Shown here: one piece after another, positions 24,662-30,494 of the stretch | Layout: each line of letters starts with the position of its first letter | How positions within the stretch are numbered: the first letter of the stretch is position 1 | NCBI GenBank assembly: GCA_043824415.1 | Contig: JBDRSZ010000164.1 | Coordinates: 1 to 42,952, forward strand | Direction of reading: 5' to 3' | DNA from: a bacterium | GTDB lineage: Bacteria > Zhuqueibacterota > QNDG01 > DSAB01 | Length of the DNA stretch: 42,952 nucleotides | The notes under the pieces: model-generated | Databases searched by the model: none | What the model saw: only the letters and a program-made list of their open reading frames with translations | Told to the model about the DNA's origin: nothing | Translations under genes and position numbers: made by a program

Positions 24662-25107
24662 CCACGGATGGACACGGAAGAACACAGAGGATAAAAATGC
24701 AAAAATTGCTTTATAAGGATTTGACATATAAGGTTATCGGTGCGGCAAGAGCGGTGTATCGCGAACTTGGGCCCGGATATTTGGAATCTGTTTATGAAGA
24801 CGCGTTGTGTTATGAGTTGGATCAAGAGCATGTACCGTATCGCCGACAAGTCGATCTGGACGTGTGTTACAAAGATGTCGTTTTTGAAAGACGCTTCAGA
24901 GCCGATTTGCTGATCCAGGAAAAGATTTTGGTAGAGAACAAGGCCATCAAAAAGATCACACCGCAAGATGAAGCTCAGTTGCTCAATTATCTCAAAACCA
25001 CGGGGATCAAAGTCGGTTTGCTATTCAACTTCGATGCACCAAAATTCGAGATGCTGCGGAGAATCTTCTAATACTGTTTGTCCGTGTTTTTCCGTGTTCT
25101 TCTGTGG
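24662..25107 (+). mobile_element. Mini-cassette: GxxExxY ORF bracketed by ~29-bp imperfect inverted repeats
   Basis: The left arm is CCACGGATGGACACGGAAGAACACAGAGG. The reverse complement of the right arm is CCACAGAAGAACACGGAAAAACACGGACA. About 22 of 29 positions match by eye. Confidence 0.45.
24697..25071 (+). CDS. GxxExxY family protein (PD-(D/E)XK nuclease-like fold)
   Basis: ORF track 24613..25071, ATG at 24697. Contains LGPGYLESVYEDAL (GxxExxY), then RADLLI..ILVENKA and LLNYLKTTGIKVGLLFNF. Confidence 0.85.
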   Translation: MQKLLYKDLTYKVIGAARAVYRELGPGYLESVYEDALCYELDQEHVPYRRQVDLDVCYKDVVFERRFRADLLIQEKILVENKAIKKITPQDEAQLLNYLKTTGIKVGLLFNFDAPKFEMLRRIF

Positions 25108-25114
25108 TGATTGA

Positions 25115-28100
25115 ATGCATTTCATTCATCTACATGTGCATTCGCATTATTCCCTGATGCGGGGGACGATCGGGCTGGAGGAGCTATGCCACCGTATCCG
25201 TGAGTTGGGCATGGATACGGTGGCCCTGACGGACACGAACGGCATTTACGGTCTGATTTTTTTCCTCCAGATTGCCGAGGAATACGGCATCCGACCCATC
25301 ATCGGCGCGGAAGCGGTGACAGATGACGAGCGGGCTGTGCTCCTGGTCAAGAATCGGGAGGGGTACGCCAACCTCTGCCGGATTCTGACGCATCGGCACT
25401 GCGGGGAGGGGTTTGTCCTTTCCGATGATTTGCTACGGATGAGCGAAGGGCTCGTCGTCCTGAGCGATGCGATTCCCCTTTTAGAGAAATTGAATGGACG
25501 TTGCGACCTCTACGCCGAACTCGTGGGGGGACGGCCCAATCGGTCGCTCATGGATTTCTCGCGGCGGACGGGCATTCCGCCGGTAGCGACGAACGGCGTC
25601 TATTTTCTCCATCCGGAGGAGCATCGGTTTCACGCGCTTCTCCGAGCCATCGATCTGAACACGAAATTTTCCCGCCTTCCTCTTGGGGAACTGGCGCCTC
25701 CCTATGCGTGGCTTCAGTCTCCCGAAGAGATGGCCGCACGTTTTCCCCATGTTCCAGAAGCGCTGGAAAATACACTCGTCGTTGCGGAGAAATGTCGTTT
25801 CCAAGGAAATTTTGGGTCGGTGATCGATTGCGGATTCGAGGGGATGGGTCCTGACGGGATCATGCGGGAACTCCGCCGCAAATGCGAGGAGGGAGCGAAA
25901 CGCCGGTACGGGGAGGTCACATCTGCCGTCCGCGCGCGTCTGGAGTACGAGCTGGGGATTATCGAGGAGAAGGGATTCGGGGCGGTCTTCCTGATGGTGG
26001 AGGATATCGTGCGCCGGGCTCCGCGGACGTGCGGGCGCGGGTCGGCGGCGGCCAGCATTGTTTCCTACTGTCTGGGAATCACGCACGTGGATCCGCTGAG
26101 ATACAACCTCTACTTCGAGCGCTTCCTCAATCCCGGGCGGAAGGACCCCCCGGACATCGACGTGGATTTCCCCTGGGACGAACGGGATGACATCCTCGAT
26201 TATGTTTTCGACAAATACGGGCCGGAGCGGTCGGCCATGGTGGCCAACCACGTGGGCTTCCGTCCGAGGGCGGCGGTTCGGGAGATCGCCAAGGTGGTCG
26301 GCCTGCCCGACGCGGAAATCAAGCAGGTGACGGACCGGCTGGCCCAGCTGTGGTACTGGCACGGCGACACGGTCGAGGAGGTCGTGGATCATCATCCCAT
26401 CTTCCGTGGACTCCGTCTCGATCCGCCCTGGCCTGAGATTTTGGGATGGACTTCGCGGCTCTTGGGAACGCCGCGTCATCTCTCAGTGCACTGCGGGGGC
26501 GTGGTCGTCGTGCCCGGCGCATTAAGTCGGTACGTGCCGACGGAGGAAGCGCCCAAGGGCGTGCGCATCGTTCAGTGGGAAAAGGATCAGACGGAGGATT
26601 CGGGCCTCGTGAAGATCGACATCCTGGGCAACCGCTCCCTGGCGGTAATCCGTGACGCCTTGGAGGCTGTTCGGAAGAATACGGGACGGGTCATCGTGTA
26701 CGAGGATTTTAACCCTTTGGATGACCCGGAGACGCAGGCCGCCATCGCGCGGGGTGAGACACTGGGCGTGTTCTACATCGAGTCGCCCGCCACGCGCCAG
26801 CTCCAGAAGAAGGCGCGCGTGGGGGACTTCGAGCATCTGGTCATCCACAGCTCGATCATCCGCCCGGCGGCGAACGACTTTATCAACGAGTATGTCCGGC
26901 GGCTGCACGGAGAGCCGTACGAGCCGCTCCATCCGATTCTCCAAGAGGTGCTCTCGGAGACGTACGGCATCATGGTCTATCAGGAGGACGTGACGAAGAT
27001 CGCTGTGGAGATGGCGGGATTCTCGCCGGAAGAGGGCGACGGCCTGCGCAAGACGCTGTCGAAGAAGCGGAATCACCGAAAGCTGTCGGAATACCGGGAG
27101 AAGTTTGTGCGGGGCGCGCTGGCCCGAGGCATTGATCCGGACATCATCGCCAGGGTCTGGGAGATGATCCTCTCCTTCGGCGGATACAGCTTCTGCAAGC
27201 CGCACAGCGCGTCGTACGCTCTCGTGTCTTTCAGGTCGGCCTATCTGCGTGTCCATTATCCCGCGGAGTTCATGGCGGCGGTCATCAGCAATCAGGGGGG
27301 ATACTATTCGACGTTTGCCTACATCAGCGAGGCCCGGCGTATGGGACTTGTCGTGCATCCGCCGGACGTGAATGCGTCGGATCGTCCGTACACGGGGAAG
27401 GGCGGAGAAATCCGCACGGGGTTGATGCAGCTCAAAGGGCTGAAGGAGCGGGCATTAGACCGCGTCCTCGAAGAGAGGAAACGGGGAGGGCCGTACCGAT
27501 CCTTCGAAGATTTTATGAGCCGGACCTGTCTCGATCCATCGGATGTACGCATCCTCGTTAAGGCGGGATGCCTGGATTCCATCGCCGGCGGGCGCAGCCG
27601 CGCCGAACTGCTCTGGCAGACGGATGCGGGACGGAACGGACGTCCCGCATCGCCCCAAGGATCGCTCGACTTGTTCGACGAGGAGACGATCCGCGTACCG
27701 CACTTGGGGGACTACGATTTCCGCACGGCGCTCCTCCATGAGGTCGAAATTCTCGGCTTCCCTTTGAGCGTTCATCCCCTGGACCTGTACCGCGACGCAT
27801 GGGAGGGGCTTAATATTGTCCACGGCAGCGAGATGGAGAAGCATATTGGCAGACGCGTCTCCATGATCGGCTGGTGGGTGACGAACAAGATGGTGTACAC
27901 GAAGCAGGAGGAGCCGATGGCGTTCATCAGCTTCGAGGACACGACGGCGCTGTACGAGACGATTTTTTTCCCGCCGGCCTTCCGGAAGTACTGCTCGCGG
28001 TTTACTCCGGTCAGGCCTTATATTCTCCGGGGCGTGATCGAGAACGACCTGGGGGCAGTCAGCCTGCACGTTGAGGAGATGGGGTTTCTGGGGAGGGGGG

Positions 28101-28171
28101 AGGTTCGCAGGAAGAAACGAAATCTGCCCAATGCGAGGACGCGGATTCCGGCGGGGATGGAGATTCGGTGA
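25115..28171 (+). CDS. dnaE2: Error-prone DNA polymerase III alpha homologue DnaE2
   Basis: The PHP N-terminus is FIHLHVHSHYSLMRGT. At 1018 aa it has the pol IIIa core motifs (GRGSAAASIVSYCLGIT.VDP, DIDVDF, KIDILG), lies downstream of lexA-imuB, and lacks the tau-binding C-terminal extension length of DnaE1. Confidence 0.92.
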   Translation: MHFIHLHVHSHYSLMRGTIGLEELCHRIRELGMDTVALTDTNGIYGLIFFLQIAEEYGIRPIIGAEAVTDDERAVLLVKNREGYANLCRILTHRHCGEGFVLSDDLLRMSEGLVVLSDAIPLLEKLNGRCDLYAELVGGRPNRSLMDFSRRTGIPPVATNGVYFLHPEEHRFHALLRAIDLNTKFSRLPLGELAPPYAWLQSPEEMAARFPHVPEALENTLVVAEKCRFQGNFGSVIDCGFEGMGPDGIMRELRRKCEEGAKRRYGEVTSAVRARLEYELGIIEEKGFGAVFLMVEDIVRRAPRTCGRGSAAASIVSYCLGITHVDPLRYNLYFERFLNPGRKDPPDIDVDFPWDERDDILDYVFDKYGPERSAMVANHVGFRPRAAVREIAKVVGLPDAEIKQVTDRLAQLWYWHGDTVEEVVDHHPIFRGLRLDPPWPEILGWTSRLLGTPRHLSVHCGGVVVVPGALSRYVPTEEAPKGVRIVQWEKDQTEDSGLVKIDILGNRSLAVIRDALEAVRKNTGRVIVYEDFNPLDDPETQAAIARGETLGVFYIESPATRQLQKKARVGDFEHLVIHSSIIRPAANDFINEYVRRLHGEPYEPLHPILQEVLSETYGIMVYQEDVTKIAVEMAGFSPEEGDGLRKTLSKKRNHRKLSEYREKFVRGALARGIDPDIIARVWEMILSFGGYSFCKPHSASYALVSFRSAYLRVHYPAEFMAAVISNQGGYYSTFAYISEARRMGLVVHPPDVNASDRPYTGKGGEIRTGLMQLKGLKERALDRVLEERKRGGPYRSFEDFMSRTCLDPSDVRILVKAGCLDSIAGGRSRAELLWQTDAGRNGRPASPQGSLDLFDEETIRVPHLGDYDFRTALLHEVEILGFPLSVHPLDLYRDAWEGLNIVHGSEMEKHIGRRVSMIGWWVTNKMVYTKQEEPMAFISFEDTTALYETIFFPPAFRKYCSRFTPVRPYILRGVIENDLGAVSLHVEEMGFLGRGEVRRKKRNLPNARTRIPAGMEIR

Positions 28172-28177
28172 ACGGAT

Positions 28178-28206
28178 GTGCGACGCACCTCTGAGGTGCG
28201 TCGCAC
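28178..28206. terminator. Perfect 12-bp GC hairpin after dnaE2 (REP-like or terminator, no U-tract)
   Basis: GTGCGACGCACC-TCTGA-GGTGCGTCGCAC, between the convergent dnaE2 and DUF5131 genes. Confidence 0.5.
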
Positions 28207-28344
28207 GTTGGTGTGCAGTTATTCAATGAATTTGTAATTTGTGAATTCAAGCTCAGAGTTAAGAAATACAAGGTAAAAATAGCTTGAAGGCTTTAGAAAT
28301 ACAAGGTAAGATGATAGCTTTTATTACTGATCGATCAAACAGCA

Positions 28345-29070
28345 TTATAAATATGCAAAGGCAACTTTAGGCATTCCGTCCCATGTCTTTCCTTTTAATA
28401 AACGACCATTTTTCTTTTTGTTAAAACCGCCCCATTGTTTAAAAAAGAAAGGGATATAATTAGATTCACATTTTTTAAGAATGTCATTAATCCAGTACTC
28501 TTCGATCGGTCTCGCACCTGGACCTGATTCCCCACCAACGATGACCCAATCGATTCCTTTCAAGTTTAAATTGCATATGGGTCCTAATAGAGGTTCCATT
28601 GATAGAAATTTAATAGGTGCAGAAGTTGTTCTAAGATTATCGATTCGATAAATATAATCCTGACTTTCTATAGTCACTCCCATCCATATATTCGGTGTCC
28701 AATTTAGCCTGGGAGCTAATTCGGAAAGTCGATGGGATCGCTTCGTGAGTATTTGAAAAATATGCCATTCCGCTTTATTCATCACTTCGAATATCTTGAT
28801 AATGAAACTGGATGGAACGTCTTCGTGAAACAAGTCGCTCATCGAATTTACAAAAACCATTTGTGGAATTTTCCAATGTAGAGGGATTTCAATTGCATGG
28901 GGATGGAGAGTGATTTTAAATCCATTCTTGTAATTCGGTTGTCCCATAGCCTGTAATCGTTTTGACAACCTTTCTGCGTAACAATTTTTACATCCCAAAC
29001 TGATTTTGGTACAGCCTGTAATAGGATTCCAAGTCGATTCTGTCCATTCAATCAACGATTTAACAGCCAT
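28345..29070 (-). CDS. DUF5131 / phage Gp37-Gp68 family three-Cys-motif protein
   Basis: N-terminus IEWTESTWNPITGCTKISLGCKNCYAE (C-x6-C-x2-C). Also VFVNSMSDLF, ILTKR, GGESGPGARP and FFFKQWGG. The gene is AT-rich. Confidence 0.8.
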   Translation of the reverse strand: MAVKSLIEWTESTWNPITGCTKISLGCKNCYAERLSKRLQAMGQPNYKNGFKITLHPHAIEIPLHWKIPQMVFVNSMSDLFHEDVPSSFIIKIFEVMNKAEWHIFQILTKRSHRLSELAPRLNWTPNIWMGVTIESQDYIYRIDNLRTTSAPIKFLSMEPLLGPICNLNLKGIDWVIVGGESGPGARPIEEYWINDILKKCESNYIPFFFKQWGGFNKKKNGRLLKGKTWDGMPKVAFAYL

Positions 29071-29075
29071 ACAAC

Positions 29076-29906
29076 TTACTCGAATTTACTATATTTTTTA
29101 AAAATATGGTTTATGATATTTAATGCAACTGGTTTTTGAGAAGCGAATATCAAATAGTATATAACTGCGCCGCGAGAATTATACATAGGGTGTGCTTTCG
29201 GTACAATCTTAAATCCAGCTACTTCTTGAAGTCTTTTCCGAAAGGCTTTGACGATTGTTGCATTATCCTCTTTTTCAGGAAATCCAAAAAAATTACTTGT
29301 TGTTGAATAAGCAATCGAACGCCAAGATTCGTCTCCCCAGAAAATATTCATTCGGTGGATACCATTAGAGGGTACACGTTCAGGCTCGCGCCATAAGGCA
29401 TTCCTGTTAATATCCATTACTGGAAAATTGATAAATATATCGATGCTATTCATTTGGCCTGCGGTACGAATTACTTTCCAATCAAGATGCAATCCGTATG
29501 GATCTAAAATGCAGAGGCCTCTACGATAGTCTTTATATTTAACTTTTGGAAAAACTTGTGTTAATAATATTTCGTTGCAATCGCCTTCATAAATATGGAC
29601 GTCAGATCGATCACCGATATTCTCTTTCAAGAAATCGATTCTTTGTTTATCGATATCAATGAGGTAGTATTGACTGAAAGGAGGATTGATCAAGAGTGCA
29701 TTTAACGGACTTCCTTTAACAAAATCACCTGTCTTCTTTGAAATATGTATTCCACTACCGGCGAAGGCATCAATATAGATGTGTGTTAAATTGGATTGTG
29801 AAGCAAGGATTGTTGAGTACTTCGTGGCATATTCTCTGATAATATCGAGTTTTATTTCAGACCAATTTCCAATTTCATCGAACTTTAAATCATCGCTTTT
29901 TCTCAT
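29076..29906 (-). CDS. Three-Cys-motif partner protein TcmP (methyltransferase-like fold)
   Basis: Contains WSEIKLDIIREYATKY, motif-I-like YIDAFAGSGIH, and DPPY-like CILDPYG. It lies 5 nt upstream of the DUF5131 gene, which is the conserved pairing for this family. Confidence 0.7.
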   Translation of the reverse strand: MRKSDDLKFDEIGNWSEIKLDIIREYATKYSTILASQSNLTHIYIDAFAGSGIHISKKTGDFVKGSPLNALLINPPFSQYYLIDIDKQRIDFLKENIGDRSDVHIYEGDCNEILLTQVFPKVKYKDYRRGLCILDPYGLHLDWKVIRTAGQMNSIDIFINFPVMDINRNALWREPERVPSNGIHRMNIFWGDESWRSIAYSTTSNFFGFPEKEDNATIVKAFRKRLQEVAGFKIVPKAHPMYNSRGAVIYYLIFASQKPVALNIINHIFKKYSKFE

Positions 29907-30104
29907 AAGATTTTTTCCAATTCATTAAAGTGTACGGACACTATTAGTTTGAAAATATTCAGAGAAAAGCAAAATTAAAGGCAAATCATATCTATCGTCC
30001 GATATGATGACGATTGTCATCATCGATTAATGATAATGAATATTAATATTAAAAACAAATTTTTTTTATTAAAAGTTTTTTAGGGAAATTTTGCAACATT
30101 TTTC

Positions 30105-30140
30105 CGAGAATTTCGATATAATATAATACCGAGAATCTCG
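30105..30140 (+). promoter_or_regulatory. Two palindromic operator-like sites CGAGAAT(T/C)TCG upstream of padR
   Basis: CGAGAATTTCG (30105-30115) and the perfect odd palindrome CGAGAATCTCG (30130-30140) are 25 bp apart centre to centre. They flank a TATAAT-like box. GGAGG and the ATG lie downstream. Confidence 0.45.
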
Positions 30141-30165
30141 ATAAAATGTTGCGGAGGATCAAAGG

Positions 30166-30492
30166 ATGGCATTGACTTTGAACGAACAGATACTCCTTCT
30201 GGCTATCTGGAAGCTGGGAGATGAGGCATACGGCGTCCGATTGCACGAGTTGGTGTGTAATTATCTTGGAAAGGACGTGGCCTTCGGAACACTGTACAAC
30301 AACTTGGACCAGTTGATTAAAAAGGGGTATGCCATATCGTACAAGGGCGATCCGACGGCGGTTCGCGGGGGCAAGGCGAAGGTCTACTATCAGATCACGA
30401 AAGAGGGGACGGCGGCTTTGCAGGCAGCAAGAGAACTCCAGGAGAAACTCTGGGATGGAATCCCCAAGTTTGCTATCGGAAGGGGAAAGTAA
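30166..30492 (+). CDS. PadR family transcriptional regulator
   Basis: LLLAIWKLGDEAYGVRLHELV..GTLYNNLDQLIKKGYAIS..KVYYQITKEG is the PadR winged-helix pattern. Confidence 0.88.
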   Translation: MALTLNEQILLLAIWKLGDEAYGVRLHELVCNYLGKDVAFGTLYNNLDQLIKKGYAISYKGDPTAVRGGKAKVYYQITKEGTAALQAARELQEKLWDGIPKFAIGRGK

Positions 30493-30494
30493 CG

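Noticed and set aside
22582-25114. Canonical SOS boxes (CTGT-N8-ACAG, GAAC-N4-GTTC) upstream of lexA, imuB, dnaE2
   Set aside because: No such palindrome was found by eye. Isolated CTGT repeats occur near 23445-23470 and 25074-25105, but they lack the partner half-site. The tandem 11-mer at the lexA promoter is reported as the alternative candidate.
22420-27358. Many long minus-strand ORFs (for example 22602..23342, 23502..23966, 25481..26479, 26522..27358) antisense to lexA, imuB and dnaE2
   Set aside because: They occur only in the GC-rich block, are Arg/Pro/Gly-rich low-complexity translations, and overlap confidently identified genes. This is the typical stop-codon depletion of GC-rich DNA.
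12384-28320. Possible CRISPR array among the recurring hairpins and direct repeats
   Set aside because: The repeats are not regularly spaced short units separated by unique spacers. They are dispersed single elements or adjacent pairs, and no cas genes are present.
28262-28320. Two copies of AGAAATACAAGGTAA..TAGCTT downstream of the DUF5131 gene as possible att-site remnants
   Set aside because: There is only one short imperfect pair, both copies lie on the same side of the islet, and no integrase is in the window. The evidence is insufficient to call an integration site.
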